Source: Anolis carolinensis
Lineage: Eukaryota
Direction: 5' to 3'
DNA length: 64,000 nucleotides
Assembly: GCF_035594765.1 (NCBI RefSeq)
Contig: NC_085846.1
Location: 7,551,190-7,615,189, forward strand
Shown: positions 24,004-35,412 of the stretch, piece after piece
How positions within the stretch are numbered: position 1 is the stretch's first letter
Layout: every line of letters starts with the position of its first letter
The notes under the pieces: model-generated
Seen by the model: the letters and a program-made list of their open reading frames with translations, nothing else
Database searches by the model: none
What the model was told of the DNA's origin: nothing
Position numbers and translations under genes: made by a program

Positions 24004-27000
24004 ATGGCTGAAGTGGAGATCTCAGCCCGGGCGTACGTCAAGATGTGCCTCCATGCAGCGCGCTATCCCCATGCGGAGGTGAATGGGCTGCTTTTGGCAC
24101 AGAGGCGGCAGGCCACAGGCGGGCAGCTGGAATGCCTCTGCATCACCGACTGCGTCCCTCTCTTCCACAGCCACCTGTCACTCACAGTGATGCTGGAAGT
24201 GGCCCTTAACCAGGTATGAGTAAAGTGCTAGAGGACTTGATGGTCTCTCGAGTGGCAATATTTCAAGGGGTGGCAATACATTGCTTTCCCCCCATAGAAA
24301 TGTCCCAAGGCTGAATAAGCTTTGGCTAGAGACCTAAGTATATAACTACGGTAGACTCTCTACATTTACAGGTTTAATCTCTTATTATTCATGGATTGGA
24401 TTCAAATGTTTTTATTAGGGATCACTTGGTCCTCTAGCACAATTCTGTGGTCAACCTCTGGTAGAAATTAACCATCGAGTTGCACTGGAAGACATAGAAT
24501 CATATAATCATACAGTTGGAAGAAACCCCCAGGGCCATCCAGTTTAACCCCATTCAGCCATGCATGAAGACACAATCAAAGCCCTCCTAACGGATGGCCA
24601 TCCAGCTTCTGCTGAAAAAGCTCCGGAGAAGGAAACTCCACTTCTCAACAATGACATTCCATCTCCCTTCCTTTGGAGACATGAAAATATCACAATATTG
24701 GTTTCATTCAGGCATCAGAATAATTTAGGGTTTCCTAGAAAGATTATATCAGGCATGGGCAAACTTGGGCCCTCCAGGTGTTTTGGATTTCAACTCCCAC
24801 AATTCCTAACAGCCGGTAGGCTGTTAGGAATTGTGGGAGTTGAAGTCCAAAACACCTGGAGGGCCCAAGTTTGCTCATACCTGGATTATATGTATCACAT
24901 CTGGAAATGTGGTGATCCAATTGTAGAAGAGTTCTAGATGTGAATGGCATTTCATTAGGGAGGGCATAATTCCCATAACTGGTATGGATTTAATATAGCA
25001 GAAGGTTTTTTTTGAACTACAGAAATGTGTGCTGTAACAAATCAACACATCTTCAAAGTTCCATGAGACTGAGAATTAATCCTAGATTAGACGGAGAAGG
25101 AAACAATAGAAGTTTTGTAGGTAAAGGCAAAACTCGTTCCTTATTGTTAGAAGCCAAGGTTTAGGAAATACTCAACCCTTCCTTTAGAATACCCAAATTA
25201 GACTTTTGGAGATGTTTTGCATTGTGGTTACTGCAACTAGTTAAAAATGAGGCATTATGAATAATACTTTATTTGCTTATCAGTCCTGGAACTTGCCTGT
25301 CTTTGCAGGTCGATGCCTGGAGTTTGGAGACAGATTTGCTCCTGGCCGGATATTATCAGGCCAATGCTGGGATTGACGACAAAAGGTGAGTTTAGGCAGC
25401 AGTTTGCAAATGGGGCGGCGTTTCTTTCTCTGTTTTCTTTCTTCCCTTATTTTCCTCCTTTCTCTTTTTCCTGCAGTCCCTCGCTTCTTGCGCAAAAGGC
25501 CGCTGGGCGCATTGCAGAGCTTTACGATCACGCCGTCCTTATTATGGTGAGAGATTGAAATTTGCAAAACAGCGTGTGGATTATTGGGATCCAGATGGAC
25601 AGTATTTATCCTTGCCACAGCCCTTTACTAGTTTCTGATCTTTTTCAGCCCAAAACTGTCTCATTTATGGGCCATTTTCTGGCATATGGGGTGAATTCCT
25701 AGGTGATGAATTGTACAAAAACTTGCCCCAAAGGATTTAGAATACTACAGTGGAAAGCGAAAAAGTTTTAAGTTGTGAATCTGCATTTCATCAGTGAATT
25801 TTAATTTCTATTTTCATTTGTGTATCTTGTTGTATGTGTTTTCATAGTGTTTTATCTGGTTTTAATAATATTGTACATCTTGAGCTGCAGGGAGAGACAG
25901 ATAACAAATATGATTATTGTTAAGTTGCTGTTTGGTCATGTTCCAGAAGCATTTTCTCCTGATGTTTCACCCACACCTATGGCAGGCATCCCCAGAAGTT
26001 GTGAACTCTGTTGGAAACTAGGCAAGTGGGGTTTATATCCCTGTGGAATGATGTCCAGGGTGGGAGAAAGAACTCTTGTCTCTTGGAGGCAAGTGTGAAT
26101 GTTGCAAATTGGCAACCTTGATTAGCAATGACACTCACATTTTCCTCAAACAGAGTTCTTTCTCCCACCCTGGACATTATTCCACAGACATATAAACCCC
26201 ACTTGCTTAATTTCCAACACACTTCACAACTTCTGAGGATGCCTACCATAGATGTGGGTGAAACGTCAGGAGAGAATGCTTCTGGAACATGTCCATACAG
26301 CCCGGAAAACTCACAGCAGCGCTGGGATTCCGGCCATGAAAGCCTTTGACAACACTTTGTTGTTGTTGTTATTTCTCCCTTCCTCCAGATTATTGCACTC
26401 AACCTTTCCAATTTCTTCCCCAGTTAGATAATCACAAATTCACCATAAATCCCAGAGTCCCTCCGATAATCGTATTGGAGCAGAAGGATCGGCAATGGGT
26501 TCCCAAAGACAAAAACCTGTGAGTTGCCGATATCTAGTGGGTGTTGTTATGTGCTTTCAAGTCCAATTTCTTGCTATTTTCTCCTAGGTTTTCCTTGGCC
26601 ATAATTATTGAGGTTTGCCATTGCCTTGGATCACCCAGTAGGTTTCCATGGCAGAGAGGAAATTTAAATCTGTTTTTCATATTTTTAATAATTTTGTGCA
26701 AAGTTCCAAGTCAGGGAAACAAAGTCTACATTGGACCCTCAAAAAGCAAAGATGCTACTATCTCCATCTCCCATTTGGATAATTTTAGATTATGAAATAT
26801 TCTGGATAAGGAATGCTCCACCTGTATTTTATCTATTTATTGACTGTATACCCTTCCTTCTCCCCGAAATTGGGACTCAAAGCATCTTCTCTGCATTCTA
26901 ATCGGTAGAATGAGCCTAACATTTTAGCATTTTACTTTTGGGAAGTTGCACTTTCCAGAAACCCCAAAATAGTTAATGTGCTCACTGTTGGGCTTATTAA

Positions 27001-28834
27001 CAAAAGACTCTCCCCATAAATGCACAGTAGAGTAACATATTAGCAGCAGCGTGACCCAGCATCAGTAGCCAAAAGTGATAAACAAGAACACACAGACCAA
27101 TGTTATCTCTTCCTTTGGGAGCTTTTCTTTGTAGCAAAATAATATGGTTTCACTATTCACAAGAAGGTGGTTTCCATGACACCAATAAAGTTCTTTATAC
27201 AGTAGAGTCTCACTTATCCAACATTTGCTTATCCAACGTTCTGGATTATCCAACGCAGTCTGCCTCCTGTCCGGATCCACAGCTGTTTCTCTAGGCAGCA
27301 AGGACTGAACTTTTACAGGTTTAATTTCCAACAATGTTGTTACTATAAGTTCATTTTATGCAATTCTATATTTATTTTGTAGTCAATTTGTTATTGGTCA
27401 ATGTTTTCAATACATTGCAATGTTTTGGTGCTAAATTTGTAAATACAATAATTGCTACATAACGTGACCATGTATTGAACTGCTTTTTCTGTCAATTTGT
27501 TGTAAAACATGTTTTGGTGCTTAATTTGTAAAATCATAATGTAATTTGATGTTGAATAGGCTTTTCCTTAGTCCCTTCTTATTATCCAACATTTTCGCTG
27601 ATCCAGCGTTCTGCCGGCCCATTTATGTTGGATAAGTGAGACTCTACTGTACTTCCTTCTTTGCTTCCACGCTGGGCTTCTTTCTCATGCAGATAAACAG
27701 CTTCGCTCTCACAGAACCTCCTCTCATACTGAATTTACGCAGGAGCTTCACACAGTAGCTTGACACACAGCAGTCTTCACATAGTAGCTTGACTCACAGC
27801 AGTCTTCACATAGTAGCTTGACTCACAGCAGCCTTCACACGAGCTTGACACAGCAGCCTTCACACTGGAGCTTGACACACAGCAGCCTTCACACTGGAAC
27901 TTGACACACAGCAGCCTTCACACTAGAGCTTGACATAGCAGCCTTCACACTGGAGCTTGACACACAGGAGAGCCTTCACACTGGAGCTTGACACACAGCA
28001 GCCTTCACACTGGAGCTTGACACACAGCAGCCTTCACACTGGAGCTTGACACACAGCAGCCTTCACACTGGAGCTTGACACACAGCAGCCTTCACACTGG
28101 AGCTTGACATAGCAGAGCCTTCACACTGGAGCTTGACATAGCAGAGCCTTCACACTGGAGCTTGACACATAGCAGCCTTCACACTGGAGCTTGACACACA
28201 GCAGAGCCTTCACACTGGAGCTTGACACACAGCAGAGCCTTCACACAGGAGCTTCACACAGCAGCCTTCACACAGGAGCTTGACACACAGCAGCCTTCAC
28301 ACTGGAGCTTGACACACGAGGCTTTCAACCTGGGGCGTCTCACACTGAGGCCTACTCAGCTTATATTGAACTACAGCTTTTGCTCAGTCATTGCATCCAT
28401 TTAACCATTTCAGTTCTTGAGTCACATTTTTGTGATTAAAAATGCCTAATTTTTAAAATATTTCTGGGGATTCTGGGAATTATAGTTAAAATATCCAGAC
28501 TGCATGAGAACTAGAAAAAGTGAGAATCGAGACAAGAAGTATCATTGAATCTAAGCTTCTTCCCAGACTGGGTCTCATGCCTAGGAGAGGGTTGAAGGAA
28601 ATGAAAACTCCATATTAGATGTGAAAAATGACTTTTTCTTTGGCTTGTTCCAGGGTCATGTGGAGCGACTGGGAATCCTCCCGCCACACCTGCAAGTCCC
28701 TCCTGGAAGCCAAGGCTTACTCCCAGTTGGTGGACTTCGATGCCCACCTGGATGACATCAGAGAGGACTGGACCAATCAGAAACTGAACACGGAAATCGC
28801 CCAGCTGGTCTCGGTGGCCAATGGCAATGCTTAA
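24004..28834 (+). CDS. EMC9: ER membrane protein complex subunit 9 (MPN domain, FAM158A), 210 aa
   Basis: Exons: 24004-24213 (MAEVEISARAYVKMCLHAARYPHAEVNGLLL), 25309-25385, 25477-25546, 26424-26518, 28654-28834 (LVDFDAHLDDIREDWTNQKLN). Position between PSME1 and PSME2 supports EMC9 rather than EMC8. Confidence 0.96.
24750..24883. mobile_element. Palindromic hAT-like MITE (short form)
   Basis: CAGGCATGGGCAAACTT...AAGTTTGCTCATACCTG palindrome. Confidence 0.8.
26230..26270 (+). ncRNA. Minimal type I hammerhead ribozyme motif (Penelope-derived), sense in EMC9 intron
   Basis: ctt-CTGAGGA-T-GCCTAC-catagat-GTGGGT-GAAA-C-GTC-agg: CUGANGA box, 6-bp helix II, GAAA, palindromic ACGU helix III, GUC cleavage triplet. 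Confidence 0.55.
27740..28320. repeat. Minisatellite, ~19 copies of a 27-31 bp unit
   Basis: Unit CACACAGCAGCCTTCACACTGGAGCTTGA. Confidence 0.95.
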
Positions 28835-28919
28835 AGGAAGCCTTTTTTTGCAGCAAAGAAATGCAACCAGAAGCATAGAGCATACTGTTTGGAAAACATG
28901 AGCAATGCTGGTTATATAT

Positions 28920-29113
28920 CAGGTCTGGGCCAACTTGGGCCCTCCAGGTGTTTTGGATTGCAACTCCCACCATTCCTAACAGCCTCAGGCCCCTTCCTTT
29001 TGCCCCTCAGCCGCTTAAGCGGCTGAGGGGCAAAAGGAAAGGGCCTGAGGCTGTTAGGAATGGTGGGAGTTGCAGTCCAAAACACCTGGAGGGCCCAAGT
29101 TGGCCCATGGCTG
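28920..29113. mobile_element. Palindromic hAT-like MITE in the EMC9 3' region
   Basis: Same 194-bp palindrome family, starting 86 bp after the EMC9 stop. Confidence 0.85.
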
Positions 29114-29260
29114 ATATAAATGCTAGTATTATAAATAATTCATATGCAGATTTGGGGTTTGTTTATAAACTTTGCCATTCTGAACAATCCCAGTTTGAAG
29201 CCTTTTCCTTCCCTTCTTTGGTTTTGCAACACAAATACATCCCCAAAATGTTAAAATGAC

Positions 29261-29266
29261 TTTATT
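29261..29266 (-). terminator. PSME1: Probable PSME1 polyadenylation signal (AATAAA)
   Basis: TTTATT on the plus strand ~110 nt past the PSME1 stop codon. Confidence 0.6.
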
Positions 29267-29376
29267 TCCAAAGGGTCAGGAGTAAGTTAACAGAGAAAAA
29301 GGAAGCAGGAAATTTCAGTGCCTGGCTGCCGGGAAGTCTGTCTGTCTTCCATCTCCAATTTTTTCTCTCTCTCCAC

Positions 29377-32300
29377 TTAATAGATCATCCCTTTGTTTTC
29401 GTCCCGGGGCTTCTTTATCTTGTCGAAGTTCTTCAGCACACTGTCGTAAACCACGGCCTAAGGAGTGCAAAAGAAAATCATGGGTTTGGAGGTTACAGAC
29501 TCCTAAAGTTGGGAGAGACCCTGTGGGTCATCTAGAATCCTAGAGTTTGGAGAGATCTCATGGGTCATCCAATCCAACCCCATTCTGCCCAGAAGCAGGA
29601 AAATCGCATCCAAAGCACACCCGACAGATGGCCATCCAGAGTATATTTAAAAGCCTCCAAAGGAGCTTCTTCTACCACACCCTGGGGCAGAGAGTTCCAC
29701 TGCTGAACAACTCTCACAGTAAGGAAGTTCTTCCTAATGTTCAGGTGGAATCTCCTTTCCTGTAGTTTGAAGCCAATGTTCTGTGTCCTAGTCTCCTGGG
29801 CAGCAAAAAACAAGCTTGGCAGAGAGTTCCACTGCTGAACAACTCTCACAGTGAGGAAGTTCTTTCCAATGTTCAGGTGGAATCCTGTAGTTTGAAGCCA
29901 TTGTTATGTGTCCTAGTCTCCAGGGCAGCAGAAAACAAGCTTACTCCCTCCTCCCTATGACTTCCTCTCACATATTGATCCATGGCCCTCATCATGTATC
30001 TTCTCAGCCTTCTCTTCTGCAGACTAAACATGCCCAGTTCTTTAAGCCGCTCCTCATAGGGCTTTTTCTCCAGACCCTTGATCATTTCAGTCACCCTCCT
30101 CTGGACACATTTCAACTTGTCAACATCTCCCTTGGACACAGTGTGATTCGAGGTGTGGTCTGACCAAGGCAGAATAGAATACAGGGGTAGCATGACTTCC
30201 CTGGATCTAGACACTAGATTCCTATTGATGCAGGCCAAAATCCCATTGGCTTTTTAGCCGCATTGTTTGGGAACACAGAAATGCTGGACCACTCTAACAA
30301 CCACCATGTCAGACTACATAGAGAGGCCATTGAGATCCAAAAGCACATGGACAATTTCAACAGAAAGGAGGAAACCATGAAAATGAACAAAATCTGGCTA
30401 CCAGTATTTTAAAAACTCTAAAATCAGGACAGTAAATAAGTAACAACACTCTGAAAATGGGAATTTTAGATAGGAAACAATCAAGGTCAGCTAATACCTC
30501 CCAACAAAGGATTCCACCCAGGCAGGTTATTTAATGCTAATCAAGGTGGCCAATGGCAACATACACACTTGCCTCCAACAGACAAGAGTTGTGTTGTCGA
30601 AGGCTTTCATGGCCGGGATCACAGGGATGTTGTATGTTTTCCGGGCAATATGGCCATGTTCTAGAAGTATTCTCTCCTGACGTTTCGCCCACATCTATGG
30701 CAGGCATCCTCAGAGATTGTGAGGTATTAGAGAGTTCTTTCTCCCACCCTGGACATTATTCCACAGGTACATAAACCACACTTGCCTAGTTTCCAACAGA
30801 CCTCATAATTTGAGGATGCCTGCCATAGATGTGGACAAAACGTCAGGAGGGAATGTTTCTGGAACACGTCCATACAGCCTCGAAAACTCACAGCAACCCA
30901 AATGTGTATGTATGAACATCGGATAAAAAAGAGTATCTATAGGAAGTTGTGGGTGCGTTCCACGGATCAAGTCCTCCATGTGTATTACTCTACTTCTTTG
31001 CCAAGTAAATGTCTAGGGAAGCAGACAGTTTCTTGGCAAAATGAATGTTGGCAAATGCCCTGGTTTCTGGATCTATTTGACCCGTGGTTCCAAAAATGTG
31101 GAACTGTGGTTCTCCCAGTATCAGCTCTAGTTTTTGAGATACAGAGCATATGCCATATACCTATTTAATCCCATAGAAACTTGTGATAACCATATCTAAG
31201 GAATTAGAGAGAATGGGGGTCTATCCAGTGCAATTTTCTGAATCAGTGTCCCAAATAACCCTGAGTACAAACCTAAAACCAACACAACAAGATTTTTGTT
31301 GTGTTTGGGTTCTAATTTCAATACAAATCCCCCTGTGCTGGTGCAACTTACGTAAATGTTCCTAAGTTCATTGATCATGTACCGGATCTCCGCATATTCT
31401 GCCTCGTCGATCTCATGCACAAGTTGGCGGTAGTCACCCTGCAAGATGCAGAGAAGAACAAGAAAAGTTATAGGGTTTTTGTGTAGCTTTTATTACCATT
31501 AACATGGGATGAAAGAGTCAAACTCACCACGTGTGGGCTCTTGGATGCTTTCGATACCGCGTCGCCTCTTTCAGAATAATACCTGGGGAGAAAAAGACAA
31601 ACAAATGTCAAAATTGAGGTGGGTAACTCATGGGCAGTCAGATTGCAGAAGTTTCTGCCAAAGAGAATTTATTTATTTCATCAATTCAGTGTGAATCCTG
31701 GTCTGTCTTAGTAGCATACAATCCTAGAGTTACAGGGGATCCCCAGTGGTGCAGTGGGTTAAATAATAATAATAACAACAACAACAACTTTATTCTTATA
31801 CCCCGCCACTATCTCTCCGAAGGGACTTGGGGCCGCTTACATGGGGTCGTGTCCAGGTAAAAACAATAATGAAGTAAAGCACATCAAATGAAAGAAAGTG
31901 CAGTTATAAAATTTTAAACATTAACATATAGAGATAAAATAGCAACTTAATAAAACATGATTGAAACACAAAATTTTAAAAACATACAGGGTTAAGTGCA
32001 CCGTATCAATCTGTAGGCATGAGGTACAGTAGAGTCTCACTTATCCAACATTCGCTTATCCAACATTCTGGATTATCCAACGCATTTTTGTAATCAATGT
32101 TTTCAATATATCGTGATTTTTGGGTGCTAAATTCGTAAATACAGTAATTACTACGTAGCATTGCTGCATATTGAACTACTTTTTCTGTCAAATTTGTTGT
32201 ATAACATGATGTTTTGGTACTTAATTTGTAAAATCATAACCTAATTTGATGTTTAATAGGCTTTTCCTTAATCTCTCATTATTATCCAACATATTCGCTT

Positions 32301-33974
32301 ATCCAACATTCTGCCGGCCCATTTATGTTGGATAAGTGAGACTCTACTGTAGCTGATAAACTGCTACCCTTGTGCCGGCAGGACTGCTGACCTGAAGGTT
32401 GCCGGTTCGAATCCAACCTCAGGAGAGCACGGATGAGCTCCCTCTATCAGCTCCAGCTCCATGCAGGGACATGAGAGAAGCCTCTCACAAGGATGGTAAA
32501 AACATCCAGGGCAACGTCCTTGCAGACAGCCAATTCTCTCACACCAGAAGCGACTTGCAGTTTCTCAAGTCGCCCCTGACACAGAAAAAAAGGGGAGATC
32601 CCCAAGGGCCATCCAGTCCAACCCCATTCGGACACACAATCAAAGCTCTCCCAATAGATGGCCATCCACAATGCCTCTATAAAAGGCATGGGCCAACTTG
32701 GGCCGTCCAGGTGTTTTGGACTGCAACTCCCACCATTCCTAACAGCCTCAGGCCCCTTCCTTTTGCCCCTCAGCCGCTTAAGCTGAGGGGCAAAAGGAAG
32801 GGGCCTGAGGCTGTTAGGAATGGTGGGAGTTGCAGTCCAAAACACCTGGGCAGCCCAAGTTCGCCCATACCTGCTCTACAAGCCTTTTCTGGGTTTGGAA
32901 ACTGTCCAGTTCTAGGAATATATGGAAAAAATTATTATGATTCACAAGAGCTGGGTTTCCCACAAAAAGGAATTTATTGTCAGGCGTATTTCAGAATGCT
33001 TTGTCTGTCAAGTGGCAAATTGACAGGGGACGCTGGTAAAAAGGGAGGAAACCGACCCAAAACTTGATGAGGTTGGCTGAAAAACTGGCAGGAAGCATCA
33101 TTTAATTAAGTGCGTGAACAACAGACTCGGGGAACATTACAGGCGACTCCCTCGGCCAATTTAAAATAAAAAAAAAAGGATTGGAGGTTATTTTTTATTT
33201 AACGAGAAGCAGCGAGACATGGGGCTTTAAGACCTGGGTTCAAGTTCCTACTCATGTTGACATTGCTCATATTCCTACCTACTTCTTCAATTCAGTACAA
33301 TGGATCAAAGTCCACAGCGCTGTTTATTTTCCTGCTCCTCCCATATATATGGCCTTTTCCAACAATACATCTGAGTTAACCTTTGCCTTGCCCGTTTTAA
33401 AAGTGCTTTCCCCCATATCTAGAAATAGCAAGGCTTGGAAGCTCCCCACAGTGAATCCACTTTGGGTTGCAGTCCGAACTTTAAATGAAATCTCCAAACT
33501 ACCAAACCTATTGGAGGGAGAGTTTGAGAACAAGGCAAAGAAGCCCTATCACTTCCATTACTCTTTGCACTTGAACCTTGTAAAAAACATTAAAGGAGTG
33601 GAGGGTGAAGGTGCTCATTATGAAATCAAGTTATGGGCACGGCTTACATTTAATGATCAAGTTTTGGTTTAACGATTAAGTTTGCGCTTTTTGGCTCAGC
33701 TGCAGCAGCAAAGATGCTGAGATAATCCAGAAAGGTTCCTGGAGTTTTCAGGGAGAGATTTGCTCACAGGGTTGCTGTGAGTTTTCCAGGCTGTATGGCC
33801 ATGTTCCATAAGCATTCTCTCCTGACGTTTCACCCACATCTATGGCAGGCATCCTCAGAGGTTGTGAGGTCTGTTGGAAACCTCACATTCTGTGGAATGT
33901 TCAGGATGGGAGAAAAAACTCTTGTCTGTTGGAGGCAAGTAAGAATCTTGCAATGAATCCCCTTGATGATGATG

Positions 33975-34024
<50 letters not shown>

Positions 34025-35369
34025 TGAAGAAGGAGACAGAAAGCCTGATCCTTGCAGCCCAGGAGCAAGCCATCAGGACAAATGCAATTAAGGCCAAGAT
34101 CGAAAAATCAGCTGATGACCCAAAATGCAGACTCTGCAAGGAAACCGACGAAACCATTGATCATATCCTCAGCTGCTGTAAGAAAATCACACAGACTACA
34201 AACAAAGGCACAACTATGTCGCCCAAATGATTCATTGGAACTTATGCCTCAAGTACCATCTCCCAGCAGCAAAGAACTGGTGGGATCACAAACCTGCAAA
34301 AGTATTGGAAAATGAGCACGCAAAGATACTGTGGGACTTCCGAATCCAGACTGACAAAGTTCTGGATCACAACACAACAGACATCACAGTTGTGGAAAAG
34401 AAAAAGATTTGGATCATTGATGTCGCCATCCCAGGTGACAGTCGCATTGACGAAAAACAACAGGAAAAACTCAGCTGATATCAGGACCTCAAGATTGAAC
34501 TTCAAAGACTCTGGCAGAAACCAGTGCAGGTGGTCCCGGTGGTGATCGGCACACTGGGTGCCGTGCCAAAAGATCTCAGCCGGCATTTGGAAACAATAGA
34601 CATTGACAAAATTACGATCTGCCAACTGCAAAAGGCCACCCGACTGGGATCTGCATGCATCATCCGAAAATACATCACACAGTCCTAGACACTTGGGAAG
34701 TGTTCGACTTGTGATTTTGTGATACGAAATCCAGCATATCTATCTTTGTTTGCTGTGTCATATAATAAAATAATAATAATAAAAAACTTTATTTATATCC
34801 CGCTCCATCTTTCAAAAGACTTGGGGCGGCTTACACTGGGACAAGCCCAAAACGGTATTACATCAATAAAAATAGTAACACAATAAAATCACAATATAAT
34901 AACACATCTTACAAAATAGCATTGCAGCTTCAAAGCCTGGCTGTTTCCTGCCTGGGGGAATCCTTTGTTGGGAGGTGTTAGCTGGCCCTGATTATTTCTT
35001 GTCCTGAATTCCCGTTTTCTGAGTGTTGTTCTAGAGTGCTGGATCACTCTTGACAACCATTGTGTCAAGACGACACAGAGAAGCCATTGAAATCCACAAG
35101 CATGAGGACAATTTCAACAGAAAGAAGGAAACCATGAAAATGAATACCCAGTCTTTTACAACCTCTTCGTTTTAATTCATGTTTTATTAGTTAGTATTAA
35201 GTTTGCTACTTATTTTTATAGGTTACTGTTTAAGTTTTATAATTGTGCATGTTTTTCGTCCATTGATGTGTTTTACATTGTTATTGTTTTTATCTGGGCT
35301 CGGCCCCATGTAAGCTGCCCCGAGTCCCCTCTGGGGAGACGGAGGCGGGGTATAAAAATAAAGTTGTTG

Positions 35370-35412
<43 letters not shown>

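Noticed and set aside
32380-32420. tRNA-like GGTTCGAATCC B-box
   Set aside because: SINE head interrupted by insertions; no cloverleaf.
32399-33067. 222-aa ORF
   Set aside because: Runs through SINE, CR1 and MITE pieces; chimeric non-coding sequence.
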